From the human T2T-CHM13v2.0 reference genome, Homo sapiens, in NCBI RefSeq assembly GCF_009914755.1, contig NC_060933.1: a DNA stretch of 64,000 nucleotides, one strand, 5' to 3'. A program made the position numbers and the translations under genes. The notes below the pieces were generated by a model. It made no database searches. It was not told the DNA's origin and was given only the letters and a program-made list of their open reading frames with translations. Below are positions 14,094 to 30,844 of the stretch, piece by piece (position 1 is the first letter of the stretch; every line of letters starts with the position of its first letter).

Positions 14094-16157
14094 CTAGGAC
14101 TCAACAAGTTTAACATCTTAACAATACAAGATTATTTTAAGTCACAAAGGAAACTGTCCTAAAAGACAATTTCTAAAATGTCTATTCTCTTTCACTATGA
14201 TGCAAACTATTTTCACCATCACACTAGGGGGAAAAAATACAGTAACACTTTGTGACGTTACTTGTAGAATTCATGTGACAAACTGTATTTTAACAAGAGC
14301 TTGTTAGTATTTCTTGTAATCCACTACTTCGTATGCTAATGTTGAAATATTATAGTATTAAAATCAAGGCTCCAATATGTACATTTGAACATTACTTTAT
14401 AGATACTTCTACTGTATGATAAGAGAAATTGATCAGTAAAAAGCAAATAAAGGTAACTGTCAAAAAAAGAATCAAATCTAAGCCAATGAAGTAGTGGTCA
14501 AATAAATTCCTATGATCCATGTCAATTCAGAATGCTCATTTCAAATTTTGTCTACTAAAGCAAAAAGAGTATTTTATCTTAACCTCCCTATCTTTTTTAA
14601 AAAATAGTTTCTCAGTAAGTAATATAAGGTTTACCAAAAGTTAAATGTTATCACATAAAACCATAAAAATGGCCTACAAATTAATATACTCCTTCTTTAT
14701 CATTTATTTTTCAGATACAAATAAATCCCTAAAAAAGGCAAAATTCTTGCACCTATATAAGTTGTAGGTGTAGATTACAGCTGATATCAATTCAAGAGAA
14801 AGTATTTTAAAACTGCTTTTCAGTGACCAGACTAAGTGAGTTCCTATGGCACACGGTAACTGAAGAAAATGAACTTTAACAACTGTTACTTACTCTACAT
14901 GAAGCACATGACTTTACAGTTATTTTTAAATTTTTCAACTTTTTGGTTTAAATAGTTTGGCCAACTCCCAAATATTCTAGGAAATATGACCTGACTTCAT
15001 TAGAACCTTCATTTGACCTTTTAATTTGTAAGTTTTAGAAAGGTTATACATGTTTCTGAATTAGTTCATAGACAATAAAAATAAAGAATACTGACAGCCT
15101 AAAACTCAGTAAGATAAAAATATTGTTGAGGGTGAAAAAGACTAAAATATTATGAGACTCACACACTTATCAGCTAACAAGTTTAAGAGATGTTAAGTGT
15201 GTGTGGAGAGGTTGGGAATATATGGGAGCTCTGTGTGCTTTCCACTCAATTTTGCTGTGAACCTAAAACTGCTCTAAAAAATAAAGTCTATTAACTTTTT
15301 TAGAAGTATATGTTATGATCAAAACCTTGCATTTTAGACATTAAAGGAAAGCCCTGGCTTAGTAAGACACTTCTCTCAGTAAGAGTTTTAAATCAATGTA
15401 TACATTATTTACTAAACAATATCAAAGAAAAATGAGTATTTATTAGGTATCCATTTTATTTGTAAAAGTTTATATATTTATATATTAAAAACAAAAATAA
15501 CTAGAAAAAATGGTTTAACATTTTATGTTTCAAAATATATCTTAGCTTTTTAAAAATCTGTGTTTTTAAAATGACCAAATTTATCAAAATAGAAATCGAA
15601 AAAAATTTTTAAATTCAATGAAAGTCTATCAGTAGAATCCAAATATAGTGACAAAGCACTACTATTGTATACTATGGATGATTTCAGGGGCATCCAAGTC
15701 AGATGTCCCGACAGCTTCTTTCCCCACTGCCCAGAAGCTAGTTTCAGAGACAGTGATGCTTTAAGTCACCTTCTGAGCCTAACTGCATAAGTCATCTCTT
15801 TAAGAATTAACAATGTATTTCCATAAATCACATAGTCCAAGGTTTTTTCCTAGAAATCACCTATATTCTTATAAAAAAGTGATTCTCAAGTTTTTTCCCC
15901 ATCCCACACACTTACTGAATGAGACCCTTAACAACAGTTGTCCACTGAAGCAATGATCGGGGACAGGGGCTGGAAGCTGGAGTGGTGCTAAAGCTGCATT
16001 TTCTCTCTCACCACCACCATGCCCTTGTAAACTACACTGACTAGAAGTCACTGTTTTTACAATATTCAGGGAGATCTCATATTACACTTTGGAAGATCAC
16101 ACTGTGATCAACCTAAAATTCAGGGAAGAGTCACTGAACAGAAAGTACTGGAATTTC

Positions 16158-16280
16158 AGTAAGTTCTACTTTACTACTACTATTCTTATTTAAGTAATTT
16201 CTACTTTACTACTACTATACTTATTTAAGTAAATTCTACTTTACTACTACTATACTTATTTAAGTAAGTTCTACTTTACT
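16158..16280. repeat. 35-bp minisatellite, 3.5 copies
   Basis: Unit agtaagttctactttactactactatacttattta at 16158, 16193, 16228, 16263 (partial). Confidence 0.95.
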
Positions 16281-16810
16281 TAAACATCACTTGCAAAATC
16301 AATGTAACTTTCTTCCAGTTTGTTACAGACTGAAAAAGTCATTATTTAAGCTCTCCTAAAATATTTCATATCAACTATAATATGTTTACATTTTAAATGC
16401 TAACCAGTTAGATGTTTCTTTTCAAACACAAAGTTATTACCATCTTTATGTGAGGTATATAAAAATCATTCTCAGATTCAAGATCCTCTTTCCCCATAAC
16501 AAAAGAAACAAACAAAATGGAATGAGCGGAATAATTAGCACGACACCTGAAAATTTTTCTGTGCCAAGGCAAGAAATAGAAATGCCCAGTTTTGCTCATT
16601 GCTTATCTAAAGTCCAACTCATTGCACATTAAGTTTTCAATCTGTAAAATTAATAAATAATAAATCCAAAATCACCTAACATTTTACTAATATTTAATTT
16701 CAAAAGTAAAGTTTAAATTCTAATTATCTCCAGTAAAAGCCTACAGTACCATGAATGAGTAGTCTTAATGAAGAAAAAAGTTTACTAACAGGATATGTAT
16801 TTAAAAGTCA

Positions 16811-16945
<135 letters not shown>

Positions 16946-17336
16946 TCAAAATATAAACAAACACATAAATAATAGCTACACATACAAAAACCTAAATATA
17001 ACAAACCTGCTGCTTTATAAACAAAAATAATGTATTTTAAATGTAAAAAAATTTATATCCAATAAATTAAAACAATAGAAAATTTTTAAGGTATCACTTA
17101 CACAGATTATAAATTACTAATGAGTAAATGTGTACTCTAATGTGCTTTCCTAAAAATTATGAATATAAACAGACTCAACCAAGAATTTCTTAAGGATCCA
17201 AGTAAGCTATTTAGTTCAGAGAAGTAAAGAAACCAACAAAACAAAAAATAAAAACCTATTCTTAAGACTGCATATGATTCCATTATTACATATTACATGT
17301 AACTCAATAAAACAAACATCATTTAATATATACTTA

Positions 17337-17588
<252 letters not shown>

Positions 17589-18071
17589 TTAAAAACAAGA
17601 ATGATGATGATAAAATAAACCAAGTTTTTAATTTTAAATGTTTTTAATTTTAAAAAGTTTTGATGAAAACACAGTAATTAGAGCAAAGCCATGTGGATGT
17701 TCTATTATATATCCCTTGCCATTCAAACAGCAAAACAATCCTCTTAACTAATTTTGAATTTTCTGCTTTTCTAAACAAATATAGTATCCAGTTACAAAAC
17801 AATGGAAGAATCGTATTCACGGTATAACCAATAAGCAAAATAAAATCATTTGAGAAAACCATGTCTAAAAATATGAAAAAAATGTTTAAAATGTGAAATT
17901 TAGTCATAAAAGACTAATTGAGATATTTAACACAGTAAATGCCAATCATCCCTAAATTAATTAATACAGCTAAGACAATCACAATCAAAACTACCCCCAA
18001 AGTTTTCTGCAACTGAAATTATTATCAGTTTCACCCGAAAGCATAAATATAGAAGTATACCCTGAGAAATT

Positions 18072-18090
18072 GTGTGTGTGTGTGTGTGTG
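18072..18090. repeat. (TG)n microsatellite followed by a G run
   Basis: Seen directly. Confidence 0.9.
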
Positions 18091-18452
18091 GGGCGAGGGG
18101 GGGGGTGTAAGGCTATGACTAGAGAAATAATCCAACATATCAAACTAGCTCATAAATCTAAAGTAAATTAAATTGTGATACTGATATAGGAACAGATGCA
18201 TCTCTAGAAAGAAAGAGTTCAGAATTAGAACCAAATGTATTAAACTTATTATCATTATTATTAGTGGAGAAAAGATTGATCATTCATTAAATATTGGCAC
18301 TACTAGATAGTCACTAAGAAAAACAATCTAAAGTCACTCTTCATTAAATTAAATTCTAGCTGGATTGAGAATATAAACTTAAAATTAATAAATATTTTTA
18401 AATGAAACTATAAATAGTAAACATGGAACTGTACTTTTAAAACTTCAGAATG

Positions 18453-18741
18453 GGTCGGGCTCACACCTGTAATCTCAGCACTTTGGGAGTCTGAGGCAGG
18501 TGGATCATGAGGTCAGGAGTTCGAGACCAGCCTGGCCAACATAGTGAAACACCGTCTTTACTAAAAAATACAAAAAATTAGCCAGGCTTGGTGGCAGGCC
18601 GCTGTAATCCCAGTTACTCAGGCGGCTAAGGAAGGAGAATCGCCTGAACCCAGGAGGCAGAGGTTGCGTGAGCCGAGATTGCACCATTGCACTCCAGCCT
18701 GGGCAACAAGGGTGAAACTCCATCTCAAAAAAAAAAAAAAA
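18453..18741 (+). mobile_element. AluS-type element within an old L1
   Basis: Dimer with A tail; small deletion near the 5' end. Confidence 0.9.
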
Positions 18742-18885
18742 GAACTCTCTCTATATATTACAAATATATTTTCTAATTTTTTGTTTATGATGTGTAGTAA
18801 TTTGAAATTTTATCATATTTGTTAATTTCTCATAAATTGTTTTTTGGAGTTTTGAGGCTTAGAAAGATTTTTTTTCATTCTAAAG

Positions 18886-18963
18886 TTTTTTTTTTGTTTG
18901 TTTTTGAGATGGAGTCTCGCACTGTTGCTCACCACAACCTCTGCGTCCCGGGTTCAAGCCATT
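18886..18963 (-). mobile_element. Alu 3' fragment with internal deletion
   Basis: T tail, gagatggagtctcgc..., cccgggttcaagccatt. Confidence 0.85.
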
Positions 18964-20230
18964 ATATGACCTGAACAAAAGTAAGCAGAAAATAGGAGAA
19001 AAGACTATTTTAAAAGACACAGATCATAATTGACCAAAACATAAGAAAACTCAACCTTATTTATAATTATAGGTATGCTAGTTAACAATCAGGTATTATT
19101 TTCACCTGGCAAAGATGATAGTACAATGTAATAAGGGTGTGGAAAAACAGTACTATCGTTCACGGTATTTGGTAGTATCAATTTGTACAATCTTTATGAA
19201 GGACAATTTGGCAATACTTATTAAATGACTATCAACAGAGACTACTAAGTAAATAAATTTGGGTACAGTCTACAAAAATAACAAAAATGCACAATGGAAA
19301 TCTTATCTGACTAAAAGACTGAGACAGATTCAGACATGATGATCTGGAAAGATGATCAATAAATATTGTCATGGGAAAAAGTTGCTATGTAGTGTTTAAA
19401 AAACATTAAAAGACAAAAACTGCATATGCTACATGCATATCTATACGGATGTGCTCAGAGGCAAGTCTCACAATACACATGGTAAAACTGTCTAGTATTA
19501 AGAGAATGACTAGGAAAAGATAACTTTCACTTACCCCTTTATATAAATCTGGAGTGTTTCCCCATTTTTTATATAATTCTAACCATTTTATTTATTTGGG
19601 AAAGGGGAAGAAGAGAGAGGGCACCCAGAAAGAAGATGTGCTTTGAAGTTCTGCTAAGAGCTGCAGTAGGTTACCGAAAATGTCTTTTGGAAAATAACCT
19701 AGGGTGCTTGTTTAGGCATAACCATAGGAAGAGAGGCACTGTGACAAAATGGAAAGCACGCAGGACTTAAAGCAACACAGCTCATTTCAGTCCTAGGCAC
19801 ACCATATTTTGGCCAAGGCCTCAAGCATGTCAACTGACTCAGATGTCTTAGTGGACTTATTTGTACAGTAGCAATGATAATCCCTACCTACATCACAGAG
19901 CTTTGTGAGGCTCGCACAGAAAATTCATATGAAGGCTATAAGCGCAATACTAAAAGCTATAAGCACAATACAAATACGGTAACATAATTGTTAGATGTTG
20001 GTCTATAGTTATAATTAATTCATCCATCCATTCAACAAATATTTACTTAATGCCTACTAAGAATCAGGGATACTCAGTCAACCAAATAAACAAAAGTCCT
20101 CATTTACATTATTGTTAGTCATCTCATTCAGGAATGATGATCTACTATCCACAATATTTACCAATATTAAAACGTCCTTAAAAACCTAATAGTTTTGTGG
20201 AAGCTAAATTACATATTTCCATAGCATCAT

Positions 20231-20285
20231 ATGCTATGACGTTCACCTTATTGGAAGGATGCTATGATGTTCCCCTTATTGGAAG
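20231..20285. repeat. 28-bp-period tandem duplication
   Basis: atgctatgacgttcaccttattggaag / atgctatgatgttccccttattggaag. Confidence 0.9.
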
Positions 20286-20289
20286 CAAA

Positions 20290-20522
20290 TACATGATTTA
20301 ACTTCAATAAAAAAATCCATTATGTTCCAAATTCCAAAATTTTTTGAATGTCAACATGATGCTCAAAGGAAATGCTCGTTGGAGCATTTTGGATTTCAGA
20401 TTTTGGGATTAGGAATGCTCGAACCAGCAAATATAATACAAATATTCCAAGAAAGAAAAAAAATCTGATATCTAAAACACTTCTAGTCCCAAGCATTTTA
20501 GATAAGGGATACTTAACCTGTA
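20290..20522. mobile_element. Tigger4/MER46-type DNA transposon
   Basis: 'ggtcccaagcatttcggataaggga...caacctgta'-like terminus. Confidence 0.75.
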
Positions 20523-20831
20523 ATAATAAAGATTTGTTTTGTAAACCTTTTATTTTAAGCTAATTTTAAACTTAGAGAAAAGTTGCAAAAACAGTACAAA
20601 GAATTTTCATTTTTCTGTCACCCTTAACGTTAATATCTTAACCATAGTTCAGTATCAGAACAAAAAAATTAGAATTGATGCAATACTATTGATAGACCTT
20701 ATTCAAATTTCATCAGTTTTTCTAATGCTGGGTTTCAGGATCCTATCCAGAATCTCACATTGCATTTAGTTATTGTTCCTCTTTAGCTTCCTGCAGTCTG
20801 TAACAGTTCCTCAGTCTTATAACTTAAATCA

Positions 20832-21188
<357 letters not shown>

Positions 21189-21339
21189 TTATATGTCATA
21201 ATTTGTTGTATTTTCCCGCAAAAACATAAACACTTGCACTAAAAGGACAAAGCAGTACTATGATTTATCATCAGAAACATAGCATTTATGTGTATTAGTG
21301 CATCTTTTCCCAAGCCATCTGCAAAAAAAAAGGTTCCAT

Positions 21340-21790
21340 GGTATGGTAGTCACCATCAAAAATGTCTTAATCACCAGAATCTAGGAATGTTACTTTACAT
21401 GGCAAAAGGGGCTGTCCAGATTTGAGTCAATTAAGAATCTGAGATACTAAGATTATCCTGGATTATCTTAGTGGCCCTTACCATCACAAGGGCTCTCATA
21501 AGGGAAAGGGGAAGGCAGCGGAAGGAGAGAAGGAGATGTGACAATGGAAGCAGAGGTCAGATTTGATTCCTGGCTGAAAGGGACCATGATGCAAGGAACA
21601 CAGACATGCTAGGGGTGTGGAGAACAAGGAAACAATTCTACCACACGGCCTCAAAAATTAATGTAGTTGATGACACTGATTTTAACCCAGTGAGCGCTAC
21701 CTTCGACTTCTGATCTGCAGAACTGTAAGTCCATCAATTTGTTTTGCTATGTTTGTTGTAGTCTGCTATAACAGCAATAGGAACTAATAT
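21340..21790 (+). mobile_element. MLT1 solo LTR (MLT1C/D-like)
   Basis: 'atgttactttacatggcaaaagg', 'gattatcctggattat', end 'acagcaataggaactaata'. Confidence 0.75.
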
Positions 21791-23930
21791 GATTATAAAA
21801 TTATGGGAAATACTCCACTTTGACACACATGCACACACACCCACATGCGCACCTGCCCTACAACCCTGGAAATGTAAGAAGCTTACATTTCCTAAAGAAA
21901 AGAAACAAAGTTGACTGTGTCTAATGCAATTACCTGACGTAACTAATTACACAACTACTGGTGAGGGGAGGTGTGTGTGTAACACCTGTTAACATCTTGA
22001 GAAATGAAATTTGGGTGCTTTATTTACTCTAATTAAAGCATCATCTTACATTTCCTTTCACAACAAAATTCAAAAAATTAATCAAATAAAGAAATCTGAG
22101 ACAAGATAATTTTAATGAAAAAAACTGAGACCAAAGAGAGTTCATTTTATCTCTTACAATGGAAAAACTGTTTTGCATTTACCTTCCCACATGTCTGTCT
22201 GCCATTCATCCATCAACCCACCTAACAACAAATATTTATTGAGTACTTATTATGAATAAAGTATTGTGCTATATAGTGGCAATGTTGTCAAAATGAGCAA
22301 ATCAGACATCTTTGCTAGGCATGTGGAGCTTACTACCTATTATAAAGAGAAACCCATTAATCAAATAACATAGAAAACCTCACAATTATAATTCTTAAGT
22401 GCTATGAAGGAGAGAGAATCCTATAGATGTATGATCTGATTTCGTTTTGGGGACTAAGTGAGAATTCCCTGAGAAGTGAAGTATGATCCAAGCAGAAACG
22501 ACTGGGTGAGGCAATGGTGGCAATGATGGTGCTGTTCCAGAGAGCAGCCTAGGGAAGGCTCTGTGCATATGCTCTTCATCTAGCTTTCTCCCATTCTCTG
22601 GGCCTCTCACTAGTCTCATTTTCTTATCTTTTTTTTATGTGGGTCTCAACTAAATATTCCCCTTTTCTATATCACTGAGCTCTACTAATCTACTTGGTTT
22701 CCTTTATTTAATGCAGTCTAACCTAATAAAACTCTATTTTCTGAAGGTCGTGTGGCAGAAATATTTGTTGACTGTTGACATGTTGGGCATTTTACACACA
22801 TTCTTGGGCTCTCCCTCCACCTTTATCCTGGGCTTTGTCTCTCTCTTGAACTTAATTTCTGCATGCCTTCCTCTTTCATGTATTCCTTTATTTTGGCAAG
22901 AATGTTTTCCAGTAGCTTCCACAGAAAGGCTATTTGTGAGGTAAATTTTTGAGACTTTAAATGTCTGAGAACATCCTTTTTTATTCTCACACTTGCTGAT
23001 AGTTAGAATGGGGTATGAAATTTACAGGTTGGAAATCTAGTTGAGAATTGTGAAGGCTTTGCTCCACAAAGTTTTGCTTCCAGTTTTGCTACTGTGAAAT
23101 GTGATGCCATTCTTACATGTAATCCTTTGTAGAAGAATCTGAAAAATTTGTAGAAATTTTTTCTGAAAAAAAATCAATAGCTTTCCTATCTACCATCAAT
23201 GATCAACTGGGGGCAGGAAGGTATGTGGGGAAAAATTCCATTCCCAACTGCAACAAACTTCATAAAGTATTTGTGAAGAAATCTAACAAACATTTCACAC
23301 CTAGGTGAAGAAATTTTATACTTTACCAAATATAAAAGACTTGACTAAATAGACACATAGGCAATGGTCACAGATAGCAATGTTACATATTATTATAATA
23401 ATTCTCTCCAACTTTAAATTCAAGGCAGCTCTAATGCAAACTCCAACAAAGTTTATCCACAAATGGATCCTAAAATTCACAAGTACAGAGAAAAAAAGAG
23501 TCAAAGCAATTTTTAAAAGAACAAGAAAGGAAAATTTGCCCTACATGATATCAATATTAATTATAAGCCTACAGTAATGAAAACAATGTTGTATGCAAAG
23601 AGATAGAAACAAGAATGGGTATAATAATAGCCTTGCAATACATCCATATATACAAAATAAGGTATGTAACAGATGGCATCATCAAATTGACAGAAGGAGG
23701 TACTATCGAGTTAATAGTGCAAGCCAACTGGTATTCACAGAGAAAACAGAATTAGATCCCCACATCTCACACAAAAATTAATTCCAAATAGATGAAAAAT
23801 ATAAACATGAAAAACTTTTAAAATGAAAAATCTGAAACAAAAATGGCAAAATGTCAATATTTATTGAATGTGAGTAGTTCATATATGTTCTTTTCTGTAC
23901 TTTTATGCATGTTTGAAATTCAAAAACTTA

Positions 23931-24116
<186 letters not shown>

Positions 24117-24358
24117 TCAAGTTCATATGTTGCTAAGTAAAGGTAGTTAATATCAAGCCAATAAACATGTAGGTCTGTGTTCCTTGGTCTTTTTATTGTA
24201 AAAGAACCACCATTTAACAATTAGAACCAACAAAAGTAATAATAACTAATTTGGGAAAGGATCTATAATTAATTCTAGAATTGCCAAATCCTTTCAAGGT
24301 CCTATATCATCTTTGTATTTACTATTCACCATTTAAGAAATAACACATTCCATTATAG

Positions 24359-24710
<352 letters not shown>

Positions 24711-25289
24711 TTAAAAACAAAGAATAACAACAAACAAGAAAATGCTCCTATAAAAAAACACCATTAAGAAGGGTATGGTTTTAATTTAAGTGCATCATTT
24801 TAAAAATAAATAAAAACAAAGGACATGTCAATTTTACTCCTCTGCAAAGTTTTTCTATCTTTCCTAAAGAAAGATTACATAATATACACATTAATATAAC
24901 AGGAACATTCTAATCAAAAGCTGGTGAGAACAGAAGGAGCGTATGTATACAGTCCAGTCCAGTCATGCCTGTACTACATTTCCCCTGTGTGTAGTAGAGA
25001 CTTAACAGCTTCAGAGCTGACTAGAGAACTCAGAAATAAGCTTCTAGTTTGAGAATTTGGAAGATACATATTGTTACCTTAGTATTGTTCAAACAGTGAA
25101 GTTAAATATCTAAAAGTTACAACCAAGAGTTATCAATATTCATAACGAAAAAGGAAAAAATAGAAGGCTTATGAGAATTACAAACATTCAACCTTATAAA
25201 ATTAAGACAACTAACATAATGCATTAATTTGACCTCATGATTATCACACAAGTGCTTGATAATTAAAAATGATATTTTATCTTTGACTA

Positions 25290-25534
<245 letters not shown>

Positions 25535-26561
25535 GATTTAACTTTATGCTTCTATTCCACTAAGCATTTCAAATAGGTATAGATGGTAAGCTCAACCAAA
25601 TGCATACTATATTCATTAAGTAAACATTTATTGAGTATTTGCTATGTGCAAGATTTTGTGTCACATGCATTTAACTGTGGTAAGTTTTCAGATTCATAAT
25701 CAAAATTTTCAAAGTATAGAAAAAATTCTTAACTCCAAGGTTTTCTTCCATATTTTATAAAAATGTATTAATAATCACATTTTCCATTCTGATTACATAA
25801 TAATCATTTGTTATGTTAGCATGCTATATCTTGACTTCATCAATTAAAGTGCTATCTAGGTGCTTCTTCTGAGAAAGACAAGTATATGAAAAGTATACAC
25901 TGTTGTAAAACATCAAATACCTTTTTGTTTATTTACGGGTACTAAGTAGTAAAGCTATCATGCAAATAAGCAGATAATCATAAAGTGATGATAAATATAA
26001 ATAGAATTCTAACTGGTCAATATATTTCTCAATTAAAAATAGACAACATTTTAGTTCCATAACCATAACATATTAACTAAGAAGAAATTCTATATTTTAA
26101 AAATTCAGTAATTTCCTAAAATACGAGAAATATTCATGCTACTTTCACTGAAGTAAGACATGTTATCCTCATCTTTGGAGATACTCATGACAACTATACT
26201 AAATCCCATCTTTCAGAGTGGCACTACAGAGACCTTGTCAAATTACCAGGATAAATTTACTGTACTAACTATATGCAGCCTCCTTTTACAAAGTAATTAT
26301 CTTCCACTATTCCCCCTCTAAAGAACTCCTGTCAAAAACCAGACCTCCTCATATCAAGAAGAGGTTAGCAGATGGGGCTAACATTCCAAGAGATCCCAGA
26401 AGAGTCTTAATCTTAGAACAATCTAGGTTCATGCCACTAATAAAAAAAAAATAAAGGAATATGAGAGGTATGAGTTAACCTTTCTTACAACCTGACATTG
26501 TGATTTTTCTAAAACAATTCAAGCATTTTATGAAAGCATATTCCCATGGATACAGAATAGG

Positions 26562-27151
<590 letters not shown>

Positions 27152-27779
27152 AACCATATCCCGAAGGAGCTCATAATAGGACATAAAACAGTAAGTAGTA
27201 TTTGATCCACTTATTCATTTCCCAATGACTAATTTAACATGTAAAATTCGTTATTTAATATAATGTTAATTTTATAAAGAACAAGCACTTGGGGGAAGTT
27301 TAAAATATAAAACTATTTTTTCATAAAATCATAGGGAAAAGAAATAAAATATAATTTTAGCCCTGTCTTACAGTTGCTCTGATAAGCATAGAGAAACAAG
27401 TTTATCTGCTCAGAGATTTAGCCCCCAAAATTTCACTATACATTTAGATATACAAGTCTACAAAATAATCATTCAGCTTACCACTCATATTTTCGATACA
27501 CAATAAGCTCTGTTTCCTGAAATACTTCGCCTTCTTATCAAAATTGAAAGTTTTATTTTTATTACTACAGTTGTACATTTGAGGCAATTTAAAAAAATAT
27601 AAATGGCAGGGAAAAATGAATAACTATTCTGTGCTAGCTACCAAAACAATTGATAGGTTTCTGGTTGTTTTATTTACAAGTAAAATCAGTCCATTTCTAA
27701 ATTGATAATACTATTACACGACCTCTTAAAATAATTTGTTGTATTCTACTTTGAATACAATTTCTAAGGATAAGAACTA

Positions 27780-27950
27780 AACGACAGTGGTAGCAAAAGA
27801 GACCTCAGAGAACATCTCATGTAGCCCCTTATTTTCAGGATAAGGAAATTGAGGCCCAGAGGTGGGCTCATGGCTAGCTAGATAATAGCAGGGCCAAGAC
27901 TAGAGCCCAAGTCTTCTGATGTCTGTTCCTATTATCATTTCCATTATAAA
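27780..27950 (-). mobile_element. MIR relic
   Basis: 'aggaaattgaggcccagag', 'ctagagcccaagtcttctga'. Confidence 0.7.
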
Positions 27951-27969
27951 ATACGGTTAAAGCAAATCA

Positions 27970-28573
<604 letters not shown>

Positions 28574-29521
28574 ACAGCAACAATCTAAAATTTGAAAAAT
28601 AAAAATTATATAGCACAATTTTAACAATTTATTTTCCTGATTTCAAGATTAATACGGGTTTGTTGTAAAATGTCTGAAAGACAGCAAAAAAATTACAAAG
28701 AAAAAAATTTTTTTAAGTTTTAAAAATTTAAAACATCTACAATTGCACCACCTAGATTACTACTAACACAATGTATGTAAGCAAAACCATGATTACAGAC
28801 TTTTATAATTTGATTTTATCACTTAAAAATTTATACATACACATAAACATATATATTCCTAATTATGAATACTATACCACATCATTAAATATGTTAAATG
28901 TGTATTTTTTGAAAACACAAGTTTTAATGGTCTTATTATGTGGTTATACCAAAAATAAATTGTTCAATCCCCCATTTTTTAGATATTCAGTTGGTTTTCA
29001 AACTTTTGCCTATGTTCTTTCACAAATCACTATTGACTGAGTGGTCACTATTTTCCAGAAACTGTACAGGGCATTGGGGATACAACAATGAATAAATGAA
29101 CCCTACCCTAGGGAAAATAGAGAGTGCTGTGAGAGCCTGTAATAAGGGGAGGGGAGCCTAGCCAAGTCTGGGCAGTGAGGAAAGGTCTTCTACAGAAAAC
29201 TACATTTAAATGAAACTCCAAAGGATGAGTCAAGAGAGCAGAGATGAGTACTGCAGGCAGAGGGAAAAATATTAGGAAGACCAGAGGATAGAACAGGGCA
29301 TTTCAAAGAATTCAGTAAGATTCATTACAGCTACAAAGGTGAGAAACAAAGAATCTGACACAGAATGAAGGGCCTGGTAGACAGGTCTTTCCAAAAGCAT
29401 AGTATACATACCACTGGTAATTGAGATAACTAAGTGATATGTAGATAACCATTTTAAAAGTTTTATAGGTATATATTTTATGTGAATCAGAAATAAGTCT
29501 AGCACATTAAATCTTTCATGC

Positions 29522-29604
29522 ATTTCACAGATATTAACTGAGGATGAGGATACAATTTAAATGATTTCATGGATATTAATTGAGGATGAGGATACACTTT
29601 AAAG
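29522..29604. repeat. ~42-bp diverged tandem duplication
   Basis: atttca..gatattaa.tgaggatgaggataca.tttaaa x2. Confidence 0.9.
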
Positions 29605-30844
29605 AGTAATATATTTTAAAGTCTATTTAAAGATAAATAAATAATACTTCAAATAGTATGTGGATATGGCAAAAAAAAAAAAGGGGGGGAGTACTAGAAA
29701 AAGGACAGGGTGAATCACGGTAAGAATTTTAGACTTCACACAAAGGGCAAGGGAAATCACTAAAGAGTTTTAAGCAGGGTATTTTATGATAAGATTAGCT
29801 ATAAAAGAACCCTCTGGCTACAGTCTGGGGTTTGTGGGGTGGCAGCGGGAACTAATGAAGAGCAAAGGGGTCAAAACTGAATCCTAGGACACTAGTTACA
29901 AAGAGGTTGGCAGAAGCCCAGGTGAGAAACGATGGTCATGCCTGGAAAACATCATGGTAGGGGGATTGAAAGAAAGCAGGAGAATTCAAAATATATTAAA
30001 AGGCACAATCAGTAAAGAACAATAACATAAAACCAGGCAAATAAAAATAGTGCAAATATATATTTATGTGCATTCTTATTTGTTTTCCTAGGATAAATTA
30101 CCCAAAAGTAAACTACTAAGCACAGAAAGATATATGAACATTGTACCTTTATGGTAGGTTGTAACCTTTCTTAAAGTACAGTAAGCCTCATTTAATGCTG
30201 TCAGCCTCATTTAGTCTTCTTAGGTTTGATATCTCTTCTGCTCTACAGACTATGTTTTTCTTTCATTTTCTCCTCTCTAATAATTTGGGAGCTTGTTTCT
30301 AATTAGAGTGTTCCAATTTCTTTATTGGTAAATTGATCACATCTTCATGATCTTTGACATTAGAATAGATATTCTGTTCTGAGAATAAATCTACCACAGT
30401 CGATATTTAATTACTAGACTTTGTTTGTTTAGTTTTGGTTTTTAGTTTCATTTTGCTATATTCAAAATCTCAAAAGGTTTCACACAAAACAACTCTTATA
30501 CCCTAGATTCTTAAAAATCTGGATCTAGGTCTCCATAATAAAACCATTTCCTTCAGAAAAAGATCTCAATTTTTCCTTCAAAAACACTCAAATTGCATCC
30601 ACATTTTTTTAATATTCTATTTTCTATGAGATTCTGGTTAAACATGCAGAAATCTCACCTGGTTAAAAATTGTAAATCATGGAATCTTAGCTTAGAGAAC
30701 TGTGGATTTCAACAAAAGATGGGAAGTAAAAATCATGTCAAAGTTTCTTAATATTTCTATTAAAAAAAAATAAGAGCTACATTCCCATTTTACTCCTCAA
30801 GAAATACTGTAGTATTTTCCAAAATCTTCAACACTAAACCCTTT

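Noticed and set aside
16158-16280. CRISPR-like periodicity here and at 30845-31010
   Set aside because: Eukaryotic intronic minisatellites without unique spacers or cas genes.
19931-19975. Short imperfect duplications (also 4152-4198, 30184-30212, 38792-38826)
   Set aside because: Short, commonplace slippage products with no contextual significance.
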